Part shown: positions 9,820-19,538 of the stretch, piece by piece
Layout: each line of letters opens with the position of its first letter
How positions within the stretch are numbered: position 1 is the stretch's first letter
Assembly: GCA_003133325.1 (NCBI GenBank)
Contig: PKXA01000063.1
Coordinates: 18,954-82,953 of the forward strand
Origin: Acidimicrobiaceae bacterium
GTDB lineage: Bacteria; Actinomycetota; Acidimicrobiia; Acidimicrobiales; RAAP-2
Length of the DNA stretch: 64,000 nucleotides
Reading direction: 5' to 3'
Position numbers and translations under genes: made by a program
The notes under the pieces: model-generated
What the model saw: the letters and a program-made list of their open reading frames with translations, nothing else
The model's database searches: none
What the model was told of the DNA's origin: nothing

Positions 9820-10161
9820 ATGTACTACGGCCACAGCTCGTGGATCGCCCTGGTGGTCTTCGGTGGCATGTTCGCCATGAGGTATGTCTCTGCTCAACGC
9901 CGCCGAGGGGGCTTCCGCGGAGGTCGAGCCTCGAGGAGCTCGTTCACCGGTACCCAACGTCGGGGACCGACCGGAGGGACGACCGATTGCGATCGCACGG
10001 GCGCTACGGCCTCCACTGGCATGGCGGCGGGCTGGTTCAGGGACCCCTTCTTCAAGCACAACGAGCGGTACTGGTCGGGGACCGAATGGACCGAGCACGT
10101 GGCTGATGGCGGCGTGCCCGGCACTGACCCGCCGGCAAGCCGGGACCAGCTCGGCGACTGA
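9820..10161 (+). CDS. Small membrane protein with a DUF2510-like motif.
   Basis: N-terminal TM helix (WIALVVFGGMFAM) and the motif GWFRDPFFKHNERYWSGTEWTEHV. Confidence 0.7.
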   Translation: MYYGHSSWIALVVFGGMFAMRYVSAQRRRGGFRGGRASRSSFTGTQRRGPTGGTTDCDRTGATASTGMAAGWFRDPFFKHNERYWSGTEWTEHVADGGVPGTDPPASRDQLGD

Positions 10162-10281
10162 CGAGGGGCCCGGGTTCGACGCCGCGTCCCAAGCCGAGAA
10201 CCTGGGTCCGATTCCGTCGCTCACTCTTTTGTTACCTGGTCCGACGGGCTCCCACCGGCCGACACGGCCGGCCGAGGCTGC

Positions 10282-11439
10282 TCAGCCGGCCAGCAGGCGA
10301 TCCCGCAATGGCCCCGGACCGGCGGCGTCGATGACCGTCCACGCCATGGCCAGGGCGCCATCCCGGACGGCGGCGTCGGCCGAGGCGGTGATGCAGGCAG
10401 CGGCGAACCCGGGTTGATGGTTCACCGACCCGGCGGCATCGATGCCGAGCAGCGGGTGGATGGTGGGAATCGCCAACGACACATTGGCCATGTCGGTCGA
10501 GAGCGTCGGCCGTGGCGCGTCGGCGTCATCGAGGCCGAAAGACCGACCCAGCTGTTCGGCGTTGGCGCGGTAGGCGTTCAACAAGCCGAGATCACTCTCC
10601 ATATGCGAGTAATCAGGAGCCAACCGCTCGTAGGTGACCGTCGAACCCGAGGCCAACGCACCCGCTTCAAAGCAGGCCCGGACCCGGACCTCGAGGGCCT
10701 CCAACTCCTCCAAGGTGGAGGACCTGCACATGAACCGCCCGGTCACCCGGGCCGGGATGATGTTGGCCGCGGCCCCACCATCGGTGACCACGCCGTGCAC
10801 CTGGTCATGGGGCAGGAGCTGCTGACGCAACAGACCGAGGGCCACCTGGGCGATCACCATGGCATCCCCGGCGTTGATGCCTTCCCATGGGGCGGCCGAG
10901 GCGTGGGCGCCTCTCCCGGTGAAGGCCACATCGAAGTGGGCGACGGCCAGGCAGGTCGCCTGCAACCGGTCGTTGGGCCACGGATGGACCATCATGGCGG
11001 CCTGGACCCCGTCGAAGACCCCGGCGTCGAGCATCACCACCTTGCCCCCGCCGCCTTCCTCGGCCGGGGTCCCCAGCACCCGGACGGTGAGCCCCAGCTC
11101 ATCGGCCACCGCCGCCAACCCCAGGCCGGCGCCGACCGCGGCGGCGGCGATGATGTTGTGTCCGCAGGCGTGACCCACACCCGGAAGGGCGTCGTACTCG
11201 GCACAGACCGCCACCGTCAGCGGACCCGACCCGAATCGGGCATCGAAGGCGGTCGGGAGCCCGGCCACTCCTTCGGTCACGGAAAAGCCTCCGTCAGCCA
11301 GGGCGCCGGCGGTCCACGTTGCCGCTTGCTTCTCCTCGAACGCCGTCTCGGGATGTCCGTGGATGGTGTGGCTCAGGCGGACCAGGTCGCCAAGCTTGTC
11401 GTCGATGGCCGCCCGGGCGCATTCCTTCAAATCTGTCAT
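10282..11439 (-). CDS. M20-family amidohydrolase/peptidase (AbgB/HipO-like).
   Basis: HPETAFEE, the metal site HACGHNI, and GTPAEEGGGGK. Confidence 0.85.
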   Translation of the reverse strand: MTDLKECARAAIDDKLGDLVRLSHTIHGHPETAFEEKQAATWTAGALADGGFSVTEGVAGLPTAFDARFGSGPLTVAVCAEYDALPGVGHACGHNIIAAAAVGAGLGLAAVADELGLTVRVLGTPAEEGGGGKVVMLDAGVFDGVQAAMMVHPWPNDRLQATCLAVAHFDVAFTGRGAHASAAPWEGINAGDAMVIAQVALGLLRQQLLPHDQVHGVVTDGGAAANIIPARVTGRFMCRSSTLEELEALEVRVRACFEAGALASGSTVTYERLAPDYSHMESDLGLLNAYRANAEQLGRSFGLDDADAPRPTLSTDMANVSLAIPTIHPLLGIDAAGSVNHQPGFAAACITASADAAVRDGALAMAWTVIDAAGPGPLRDRLLAG

Positions 11440-11495
11440 CTGTGCCTTCCGACCGGGATTCTGGGTATGCGGTGAGGTTGAGGTGAGGTGAACGG

Positions 11496-13283
11496 CTATT
11501 CGATAAGGGCGATGACGTCACCCGGCCCCACCGCGTCACCGGCCTTCACCTTGACCTCTTTCACAGTTCCGCCCTTTTCGGCATTCACGTTGTTCTCCAT
11601 CTTCATCGCCTCGAGGACGCAGACCGTCTGGCCGACTTCGACCGCGTCGCCCACGTCAACCAACACCTTGACGATGGTGCCTTGCATCGGAACAGCCACG
11701 GTGCCGGAGCCGGACCCGGCCGACGCCGCTTTCGGACGCTTGGGGCCGGCATTCGCCCGGGCGGTGGAACCGCCTCCACCGGTCACGACCACCGGGTCAC
11801 CGAGATCGGGCACCCACAGCCTCACCTGATAGCGACGACCGTCGACCTCGGCGGTGACCTCGCGCAGCACCTTGGCCACCGGTTCGCCACCGTCGGCCAC
11901 CGGTTCGACTGCCGGGGCGGACACATCGGTGCTCACTCCGCTCAGGTCCAGCGACTGCTCCACCCAGTTGGTGGAGTGCTTGGCATTGGCGAAGTCCGGA
12001 TGGGAAAGGATCGCCACGTCGGCGGGAAGGGTGGTGGCCACCCCCTTGATGACCGTCTCCTCGATGGCCCTGAGCATCCTCTTCCGGGCCGACTCCCGGT
12101 TGTGGCCCCACACCACCAATTTGGCGATGAGGTTGTCGTAGTACGGGCTCACGGTGTCGCCGGAGGCGTAGCCGGAATCGAGCCGGACCCCCGGGCCTCC
12201 CGGGGTCACGAACCGGGTGATGGTCCCAGGAGACGGGGTGAAGGCACCCTCGGCCGGATTCTCGGCGTTGATGCGCACCTCGATGGCGTGCCCATCTCGG
12301 CGGACGTCGTCCTGACCAAACCCGAGAGGCTCGCCCGAGGCCACCCGCAATTGCCATTCGACCAGGTCGAGACCTGTGACGAGCTCGGTGACCGGGTGCT
12401 CGACCTGTAGCCGGGTATTCATCTCGAGGAAGAAGAACTCACCTTCCTGATAGAGGAACTCGACGGTGCCGACGTTCACATAGCCGCACGCCTCGGCCAC
12501 TTTCACCGAGGCTTCACCCATCGCCCGCCTTACGTCGTCGGGGAAGTCGGGGGCGGGGCTCTCTTCCACCAACTTCTGATGGCGGCGCTGGGCCGAACAG
12601 TCGCGTTCACCCAGCCACAGTGTGTGGCCATGGGTATCGGAGATGATCTGCATTTCGATGTGGCGAGGCCAGGCCAGGTAGCGCTCGAGGTAACACTCGT
12701 CACGTCCGAAGTGGGAGAGCGCCTCGCGCATGGCCGACTCCAGGGCGTCCGCAGCTTCGGCGGGTCCCTGAACAACCTTCATGCCCCGGCCGCCGCCTCC
12801 GTAGGCCGCTTTGATGGCGACCGGCCAACCGAACTCGTTCCCGAAGGCGACCACCTCATCGGGCGAGGTCAACACTTCGGAGCGTCCGGGAACCCCCGAG
12901 ACCCCGGCTCGCTCGGCGGCATGGCGCGAACTGATCTTGTCACCCATGACTTCGATGGCTTCGGGCGGCGGACCGATGAACGTCACGCCCCGCTCGGTGA
13001 TGGCTCGGGCGAAGTCGGTGTTCTCCGAGAAGAATCCGTACCCGGGGTGCACGGCGTCGGCACCGCTCTTCTCGATGGCGTCCAGAATCGCCTCGGTGTT
13101 GAGGTAGCTCTCCGCGGTCGTCTGGCCACCGAGTGCGTACGCCTCATCGGCCAACCGCACATGGAGCGCGTCCCGGTCGAGCTCGGAGTAGACGGCCACC
13201 GTGGCCACTCCCATTTCGCGACAGGTCCGGATGACCCTGACGGCGATCTCCCCCCGGTTGGCGATGAGAACCTTCTTGAGCAC
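11496..13283 (-). CDS. accA: Acyl-CoA carboxylase alpha subunit (biotin carboxylase + BCCP).
   Basis: KVLIANRGEIAVRVIR and an ATP-grasp core. The C-terminal biotinyl-lysine motif is EAMKMEN. Confidence 0.92.
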   Translation of the reverse strand: MLKKVLIANRGEIAVRVIRTCREMGVATVAVYSELDRDALHVRLADEAYALGGQTTAESYLNTEAILDAIEKSGADAVHPGYGFFSENTDFARAITERGVTFIGPPPEAIEVMGDKISSRHAAERAGVSGVPGRSEVLTSPDEVVAFGNEFGWPVAIKAAYGGGGRGMKVVQGPAEAADALESAMREALSHFGRDECYLERYLAWPRHIEMQIISDTHGHTLWLGERDCSAQRRHQKLVEESPAPDFPDDVRRAMGEASVKVAEACGYVNVGTVEFLYQEGEFFFLEMNTRLQVEHPVTELVTGLDLVEWQLRVASGEPLGFGQDDVRRDGHAIEVRINAENPAEGAFTPSPGTITRFVTPGGPGVRLDSGYASGDTVSPYYDNLIAKLVVWGHNRESARKRMLRAIEETVIKGVATTLPADVAILSHPDFANAKHSTNWVEQSLDLSGVSTDVSAPAVEPVADGGEPVAKVLREVTAEVDGRRYQVRLWVPDLGDPVVVTGGGGSTARANAGPKRPKAASAGSGSGTVAVPMQGTIVKVLVDVGDAVEVGQTVCVLEAMKMENNVNAEKGGTVKEVKVKAGDAVGPGDVIALIE

Positions 13284-13363
13284 GCTGAGCCTTTCGAATC
13301 AGATGAAATCAACTGTCCGGTGACCGTTGACAGGCGCCACAACACTGGCACGGCTCGAAGGGT

Positions 13364-14182
13364 GTGTGCCACGTCGAGCCGTGCAATCGTAAGGTGGACA
13401 CCGTGCGGGACCCCAGCTTCACCGATATTCGGTGGTTCGAATCAATTGACTCGACCAATCGTTACCTGCTCGACGAGGCCCGAGGCGGGGCTCCACATGG
13501 GGTGGTGGCGGTGGCTGACCACCAGTTGGCCGGCCGTGGTCGGCTCGGGCGCCGTTGGGAGGCACCGGCAGGGTCCAACCTGCTGGTATCCGTGCTCCTC
13601 AGACTGGGTCTCCCCCCGGAGGCTCGCCACCTGGCCAGCGCCGTGGTGGGGTTGGCGGCGGTGGACGCCGTCATCTCTGAATCCGGGGTGACTCCGGGAA
13701 TCAAGTGGCCGAATGACCTTCTCGGGCCGGACGGCCGCAAACTGGCCGGAGTTTTGGCCGAGGCCGATCTGGCCGGGCCCCAGGAGCGCGGATATCCGCC
13801 GATCGTGGTGGGAATCGGGATCAATGTGGGCTGGCCGTTGTCGGATGCCGACCTACCCGGGGATCTGGTCGGGGCGGCGACATCGCTTCAGCAAGAGGCC
13901 GGGCGCCCGGTGGACCGGTCAGCTCTGCTTCATGCCCTGTTGGCGGCGTTGGGTCCCCGGGCCGCATCGTTGGGCACGCCCGAAGGCCGGGCTGAGCAGG
14001 CGTCTGACCTACGGCGACGTTGCGTGACCATCGGCTCGCAGGTGCGGGTCGAGTTGGCCGGTGGGGGATTCGAGGGAATGGCCACCGATGTGACAGACGA
14101 GGGTCATTTGGTGGTGGCCACCGGGAGTGGTTCCCGCACCGTGGTGGCGGGTGACGTCCTGCATCTGCGACCGGCGGGTTGA
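13364..14182 (+). CDS. birA: Biotin-protein ligase (class I, no HTH domain).
   Basis: SIDSTNRYL and GRGRLGRRWEAPAGSNL. The start is uncertain: GTG at 13364, 13394 or 13403. The last follows an AAGGTGGA SD-like site. Confidence 0.85.
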   Translation: MCHVEPCNRKVDTVRDPSFTDIRWFESIDSTNRYLLDEARGGAPHGVVAVADHQLAGRGRLGRRWEAPAGSNLLVSVLLRLGLPPEARHLASAVVGLAAVDAVISESGVTPGIKWPNDLLGPDGRKLAGVLAEADLAGPQERGYPPIVVGIGINVGWPLSDADLPGDLVGAATSLQQEAGRPVDRSALLHALLAALGPRAASLGTPEGRAEQASDLRRRCVTIGSQVRVELAGGGFEGMATDVTDEGHLVVATGSGSRTVVAGDVLHLRPAG

Positions 14183-14234
14183 ACCCGGGTTTCTCCCAGG
14201 TGGGAGCAGTGCAACAGAGTAGGCTGCCCCGATT

Positions 14235-15266
14235 ATGCGACTACTGGTCACCGGCGCTGCCGGCTTCATTGGATCGAACTTCGTGCGTTACTGGATAGAG
14301 CGTCACGGCGATGACACGGTGGTCGCCCTCGACGCGCTGACCTACGCAGGCAATCGGCCCAATTTGATCGACGTGGAGGACAGGTGCCCGTTCGTCCACG
14401 GGGATATCGGGAACCTCGACCTCATGACCGAGGTGTTGACCGAGTACCAGATCGACGTGATCGTGAACTTTGCCGCCGAGTCCCATAACAGCTTGGCCAT
14501 CCTGGATCCGGCTCGCTTCTTCCGTACCAACGTCCTCGGCACCCAAACCTTGGCCGAGGCGGCCCGTCGCCACGGAGTCTCCCGGTTCCATCACATCTCC
14601 ACCTGTGAGGTCTACGGAGACCTCCCGCTCGACTCCGACGAGGTGTTCACCGAGTCCACGCCCTATCGGCCGCGGACCCCGTACAACGCTTCCAAGGCGG
14701 GTGCCGACCATGCGGTCCGCGCCTACGCAGAGACTTTCGGGCTTCCCGCCACCATCACCAACTGTTGCAACAATTACGGCCCCTACCAGTTCCCCGAGAA
14801 AGTCATCCCCCTCTTCACGACCAAGGCGTTGAACGACCAACCGCTACCTCTCTACGCCTCGACCCAGAACCGACGCGAGTGGCTCCATGTCGATGACCAC
14901 TGCAGCGCCGTCGAGATGGTGCTCCAGCACGGCGAGGCTGGGGAGACCTACAACGTCGGGAGTGGCGTCGAAGCCAGCATCGAAGAGATCGCCGACGCGG
15001 TCTTGGCCGCCACCGGTCGCCCCCAGTCCCTCAAGGAGATCGTGCCCGACCGACCCGGCCACGACCGCCGTTACCTGCTTGATTCGTCGAAGATCCGCAC
15101 CGAACTGGGCTGGGAGCCGACCGTTCCCTTCGCGGAAGGCCTGGCCGCCACCGTCGGGTGGTATGCCGATCACCGGTCGTGGTGGGAGCCATTGGTCGAC
15201 CGGGCGCCGGTTCTCGAAGGAGCGTGGGTGGGCCCGAGCACGGGCGGCCCCGGCTCAGGGTCGTGA
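14235..15266 (+). CDS. rmlB: dTDP-glucose 4,6-dehydratase.
   Basis: TGAAGFIGSNFV, the catalytic YNASKAGADH, and overall RmlB-like length. Confidence 0.93.
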   Translation: MRLLVTGAAGFIGSNFVRYWIERHGDDTVVALDALTYAGNRPNLIDVEDRCPFVHGDIGNLDLMTEVLTEYQIDVIVNFAAESHNSLAILDPARFFRTNVLGTQTLAEAARRHGVSRFHHISTCEVYGDLPLDSDEVFTESTPYRPRTPYNASKAGADHAVRAYAETFGLPATITNCCNNYGPYQFPEKVIPLFTTKALNDQPLPLYASTQNRREWLHVDDHCSAVEMVLQHGEAGETYNVGSGVEASIEEIADAVLAATGRPQSLKEIVPDRPGHDRRYLLDSSKIRTELGWEPTVPFAEGLAATVGWYADHRSWWEPLVDRAPVLEGAWVGPSTGGPGSGS

Positions 15267-16189
15267 GCTCCCGGCCCCGGGTGCTGGTGACCGGTGGAAA
15301 CGGCCAACTGGGTCGCGATGTTCGGGATGTCCTGGCTGGAGCGATGCCCGACGGCGGGGTGCTGCCGGCCGGAGCCGGTGACATCGACATCCTCTCCACT
15401 GACATCGACACGCTTGACGTGGTCGATCGGACGGCAGTGGGGGAGGCGTTCGAATCGTTCCGGCCCAATATCGTCATCCATGGTGGAGCGTTCACCGCGG
15501 TGGACGCGTGCGAGTCAGACCCCGATACCGCGTTCGCGGTCAACACTATGGGTACCCGTCATGTGGCCGAGGCATCCCGTCGGGTAGGCGCCCACATCCT
15601 GTATGTCTCCACCGACTATGTCTTCGACGGGACCTTGGACCGGCCCTATGTGGAGTGGGACGCCACCAATCCACAGTCCGTCTACGGGCGGAGCAAGCTG
15701 GGCGGTGAGCACGAGGTGGCAGCCGTCAGCGGTGGCGACGCCACGGTGGTCCGCACCGCCTGGGTGAGTGGCGCCCATGGGGCGAACATGGTCAAGACGG
15801 TGCTTCGGCTGGCCACGGGCCCCGGAGATGGCCCTCTGCGATTCGTGGATGATCAGCACGGGACACCGACCTTCACCGCGGATTTGGCCTCCACCATTGT
15901 GGGACTTGCACTCGACCGCCGTCCGGGGACGTTCCACGTCACCAACCAGGGCGAGACAACCTGGTTCGGGTTCGCCCAGGCCACGCTGTCTGCGGCCGGG
16001 CTCGACCCTGAGCGGGTAGAGCCGATCGCCACCGGAGATCTCGACCCGCCGCGCCCCGCCCCCCGCCCGGCCAACTCGAGGCTGGACAACGCCGCACTGC
16101 GATTGTCGGGGCTGGCCCTGCTGCCGAAGTGGACCGAATCGCTGACCCGTCTGGTCGAGGTGCTTCCGGCGGTGGCGGAACGCGGCTGA
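15263..16189 (+). CDS. rmlD: dTDP-4-dehydrorhamnose reductase.
   Basis: A GTGA overlap with rmlB places the start at 15263. Motifs VLVTGGNGQLG, STDYVFDG and YGRSKLGGE. Confidence 0.88.
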   Translation: MSSRPRVLVTGGNGQLGRDVRDVLAGAMPDGGVLPAGAGDIDILSTDIDTLDVVDRTAVGEAFESFRPNIVIHGGAFTAVDACESDPDTAFAVNTMGTRHVAEASRRVGAHILYVSTDYVFDGTLDRPYVEWDATNPQSVYGRSKLGGEHEVAAVSGGDATVVRTAWVSGAHGANMVKTVLRLATGPGDGPLRFVDDQHGTPTFTADLASTIVGLALDRRPGTFHVTNQGETTWFGFAQATLSAAGLDPERVEPIATGDLDPPRPAPRPANSRLDNAALRLSGLALLPKWTESLTRLVEVLPAVAERG

Positions 16190-16226
16190 TCGACGATATG
16201 GACGATGACGCCGAAGCAATGGGATC

Positions 16227-17789
16227 GTGCGACGGGAAGTACCGATGAAGGCACAGGCTGACGATGGGAACAAGATGAAGGAGTCAGGCAGAAGCGGGGT
16301 ATTGGGGGCAACCGGAGGCCGAGGAAAGCGTGATCCCGAAGCCGGCAGCCCGGGTGCCTACTTTGGTCAAAGAGGTGCTGCCGTCCGGGTTCTGCCCCAC
16401 GGCCATGGACATGCCATTGCCGTCATCGGAGTGGGTTACGTCGGGCTTCCCACTGCCGCCACCCTTGCCCACCTCGGTCACCGGGTGACCTGTGGCGATG
16501 CCGATCCTGACAAGATTGCGCTACTCCGAAAGGGCAATGTGCCGATCGTCGAGGCTCACCTCGAGGATCTGGTGCGAGAGGGTCAAGCCGCTGGACGATT
16601 GGATTTCGTGGTAGGTGCGACCAGTGCGGTGGCTGACGCCGAGTTCGTCTTCCTCTGCGTTCCGACGCCTCAGCGTGAAGACGGCTCGGCCGACCTTTCC
16701 TTTGTGGAATCTGTGGCCAAAGAGATCGCACCACACCTGGCCCCCGGCACCATTATCGTCAACAAGTCAACGGTTCCGGTAGGTTCGACGCTGGTGGTCG
16801 AGCGGGTGCTCGGCCGGCATGACATCACCGTGGTGTCGAACCCCGAGTTCTTGCGGGAAGGGACCGCGGTGCCGGACAGCCTCCACCCTGAGCGCATCGT
16901 GGTCGGCGCTGCCGATCAGGCCGCCGCCGCCCGGGTCGGGGACCTCTTCGCCGGAACTCATGCCCCCCTCCTCATCACCGATGCCGCCACTGCGGAGACC
17001 ATCAAATACGCGGCCAATGCATTTTTGGCCACCAAGCTCAGTTTCGTCAATGCGGTGGCCGGCCTGTGTGAGGCCGTCGGGGCCGACGTACGCGACGTCA
17101 TACTCGGGCTCGGCTATGACAAGCGGATCGGGTTCGAGTTCCTCCGGCCGGGCCCCGGGTGGGGAGGGAGTTGCCTGCCCAAGGACACCCGCGCTCTGGT
17201 CCGTATCGCTGAACAGGCCGGCTACGACTTCTCCTTCCTTCGCGGCGCCATTTCCACCAATGAAGAGCAGTTCGCCCGGGTGGTCGACAAAGTGAAACGG
17301 GCAGTGGCCCGGGCCACTTCTGCGCCTGTCGATGCGCTCAAGCCGACCGGGGGCGACCTGGCCGGTTCCGTGATCGCGGTGTGGGGTCTGACCTTCAAGG
17401 CCGGGACCGACGACCTCCGAAACTCGCCGTCGGTCGAGATCATCAAACGCCTGGTTGCCGAGGGAGCCACCATCCAGGCGTTCGACCCCACGGTGAAGAT
17501 TCCGTCGGGACAGTCGTCGGCCCATGTGGAGGAGCTGAGCCGCTCCGAAGCCGGTGGCGTGGTTACCACCCTCGATGATTCGGTCCGTGCCTTCCCCGAT
17601 GCCTACGCCGCCTGCGAGGGGGCTACTGCAGTGGTGGTCCTGACCGAGTGGGACGAGTTCCGATGGCTCGATTTCTCCCGGGTTCGGGAGCGTCTGGCGG
17701 CACCGGTGGTGGTCGATGCCCGCAACTTGCTCGACCCGGCTCAGCTGCGCCGTATCGGATTCGACTACACCGGGATCGGCCGCCGGTGA
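16227..17789 (+). CDS. ugd: UDP-glucose 6-dehydrogenase (start uncertain).
   Basis: Rossmann IAVIGVGYVGLPTA, catalytic GGSCLPKD, and a C-terminal UDP-binding domain. The only canonical starts (16227, 16245, 16275, 16302) lie 35-60 codons upstream of the Rossmann motif. Confidence 0.88.
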   Translation: MRREVPMKAQADDGNKMKESGRSGVLGATGGRGKRDPEAGSPGAYFGQRGAAVRVLPHGHGHAIAVIGVGYVGLPTAATLAHLGHRVTCGDADPDKIALLRKGNVPIVEAHLEDLVREGQAAGRLDFVVGATSAVADAEFVFLCVPTPQREDGSADLSFVESVAKEIAPHLAPGTIIVNKSTVPVGSTLVVERVLGRHDITVVSNPEFLREGTAVPDSLHPERIVVGAADQAAAARVGDLFAGTHAPLLITDAATAETIKYAANAFLATKLSFVNAVAGLCEAVGADVRDVILGLGYDKRIGFEFLRPGPGWGGSCLPKDTRALVRIAEQAGYDFSFLRGAISTNEEQFARVVDKVKRAVARATSAPVDALKPTGGDLAGSVIAVWGLTFKAGTDDLRNSPSVEIIKRLVAEGATIQAFDPTVKIPSGQSSAHVEELSRSEAGGVVTTLDDSVRAFPDAYAACEGATAVVVLTEWDEFRWLDFSRVRERLAAPVVVDARNLLDPAQLRRIGFDYTGIGRR

Positions 17790-18745
17790 GCGGCCGCTAT
17801 GTGGTGATGGGCGGAAGCGGGTTTCTCGGGTCGCACCTTTGCGACCGGCTCCTCGGGCGCGGTGACGAGGTGGTCTGTGTGGACGATTTCTCCACCGGAC
17901 GTCGCTCGAATGTGACACATTTGTCAGATCATCCGGCATTTTCCCTGGTCGAAGCGGACATCTCTGTTTCTGTGCCGGTCGAGGGCCCGCTCACCGGCGT
18001 GCTCCACCTGGCCAGCGCGGCATCCCCGCCCGACTACCTGGCCCGACCGCTGCAAACCTTGGCGGCCGGGAGTGAAGGGACCCGCCTGGGCCTCGAGCTG
18101 GCGGAGCGGCATGAAGCCAGGTTCTTGTTGGCATCGACCAGCGAGGTCTATGGCGACCCCGATGTCCATCCCCAGACCGAGACGTACTGGGGGAACGTGA
18201 ACCCGGTGGGGCCTCGCAGCGTGTACGACGAGGCCAAGCGATTCGCCGAGGCCCTCACCATGGCTCATCACCGGGAACGGGGGGCCGACATCGGCATCGC
18301 CCGGATCTTCAATACCTATGGGCCGCGGCTTCGCCCCGACGACGGCCGGGTCGTATCCAACTTTCTGCTCCAGGCCCTGCGAGGTGAACCGCTGACCGTG
18401 TACGGCGACGGCAGTCAGACCCGGAGCCTGTGTTATGTCGACGACGAGGTCGCCGGGTTGGTCGCGCTGCTCGACGCCGACATCACCGGACCTGTGAACA
18501 TCGGGAATCCTGACGAGTACACCGTGCTCGAACTGGCCCGGACAGTCGTCGAACTGACAGGCTCTCTGTCGACGATCGTCCACCAACCCCTGCCCTTGGA
18601 CGACCCGAGCCGGCGCCGGCCCGATATCACGTTGGCAAGGAGCGCCTTGGGGTGGGAACCGACCACCGGTCTCAAGGAAGGCCTGACCCGCACTGCCACT
18701 TTTTTCGCCGGGAACGCCGGGGTGGCGCCGGGAACGCCGGGGTGA
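17786..18745 (+). CDS. UDP-glucuronate decarboxylase (UDP-xylose synthase-like SDR).
   Basis: A GTGA overlap with ugd. Motifs GGSGFLGSHLCDRL, YDEAKRFAE and RIFNTYGPR. Confidence 0.85.
   Translation: MSGRYVVMGGSGFLGSHLCDRLLGRGDEVVCVDDFSTGRRSNVTHLSDHPAFSLVEADISVSVPVEGPLTGVLHLASAASPPDYLARPLQTLAAGSEGTRLGLELAERHEARFLLASTSEVYGDPDVHPQTETYWGNVNPVGPRSVYDEAKRFAEALTMAHHRERGADIGIARIFNTYGPRLRPDDGRVVSNFLLQALRGEPLTVYGDGSQTRSLCYVDDEVAGLVALLDADITGPVNIGNPDEYTVLELARTVVELTGSLSTIVHQPLPLDDPSRRRPDITLARSALGWEPTTGLKEGLTRTATFFAGNAGVAPGTPG
18706..18745 (+). repeat. 20-nt tandem duplication at the 3' end of the decarboxylase gene.
   Basis: CGCCGGGAACGCCGGGGTGG followed by CGCCGGGAACGCCGGGGTGA. Because 20 is not a multiple of 3, the second copy supplies the TGA stop. 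Confidence 0.85.
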
Positions 18746-18773
18746 CACATGGAATGCAAAGGGAGAAAGAGTC

Positions 18774-19538
18774 ATGAGTAATGCCGAGCCGGCGGGACGC
18801 ATGGATGGTGGGCAGGCGGAAGGCGTGGCCACCGGCCGCGTCTACGCCACGTTGTCGGTCATCGTGCCCGTCTACAACGAGCGCAACACGGTGGCAGAAG
18901 TGATCCGCCGGATTCGAGCCGTGGACATCCCCTTGGCCGTCGACGTCATCGTTGTCAACGACGGATCGTCCGACGGGACCGACAAGGTGCTGGCCGCTAT
19001 CGAGGACTCGACGGTCAAAGTGGTGAACCACTCGCTGAACCAAGGCAAGGGGGCGGCGATCCGCACCGGCCTGGCCGAGGTCCGGGGCGACCTCGTCCTC
19101 ATTCAGGATGCGGATCTCGAATACGATCCCGACGATTGGCCCAAGCTGCTCGAGCCCATCCTGAAAGGAAAGGCACGGGTCGTCTACGGCAGTCGGTTCA
19201 CCGGCGAGCGGATGAATATGTTGCCTTCGCACTGGATCGGCAACCGCGTCCTGTCCCTGGTGACCAATGTGCTCTATTCCACCACGCTCTCGGACATGGA
19301 GACCTGTTACAAGCTCTTTGATCGGAAGGTCATCTCAGGCATCACCATCGAGTCCGACCGGTTCGATTTCGAGCCCGAGATTACCGCCAAGGTCCTGCGG
19401 AAAGGGCATCGCATCTACGAAGTGCCCATCTCCTATGCCGGACGTGAGATCAACGAAGGGAAGAAGATCACCTGGCGTGATGGAATCGGGGCATTGAAGG
19501 CGCTGATCAAGTTCCGCTTTACCCGGCTCGACCCTTGA
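18774..19538 (+). CDS. GT2 glycosyltransferase, Dpm1/GtrB/Ppm1-like (polyprenyl-phosphate sugar synthase type).
   Basis: SVIVPVYNE, VNDGSSDGT, NQGKGAAIRTG and IQDADLEYDP. No TM segments are seen. The SD is GGGAGAAAGAG. Confidence 0.85.
   Translation: MSNAEPAGRMDGGQAEGVATGRVYATLSVIVPVYNERNTVAEVIRRIRAVDIPLAVDVIVVNDGSSDGTDKVLAAIEDSTVKVVNHSLNQGKGAAIRTGLAEVRGDLVLIQDADLEYDPDDWPKLLEPILKGKARVVYGSRFTGERMNMLPSHWIGNRVLSLVTNVLYSTTLSDMETCYKLFDRKVISGITIESDRFDFEPEITAKVLRKGHRIYEVPISYAGREINEGKKITWRDGIGALKALIKFRFTRLDP

Noticed and set aside
7860-9821. 653-aa ORF antisense to the HtrA-like protease gene.
   Set aside because: The sequence is Arg/Gly/Pro-rich and low-complexity with no motifs, and it lies exactly antisense to a well-supported CDS. 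This is the usual stop-codon-poor artefact of GC-rich DNA. The same reasoning applies to 2942-4003(-), 5852-7114(+), 16767-17939(-), 20391-21458(-), 21127-22083(-) and 61180-62313(+).
10165-10190. GGGTTCGACGCC string resembling a tRNA T-loop.
   Set aside because: The flanking bases cannot form a T-stem, and no acceptor, D or anticodon arms are present. No tRNA was found elsewhere in the intergenic regions I scanned by eye.
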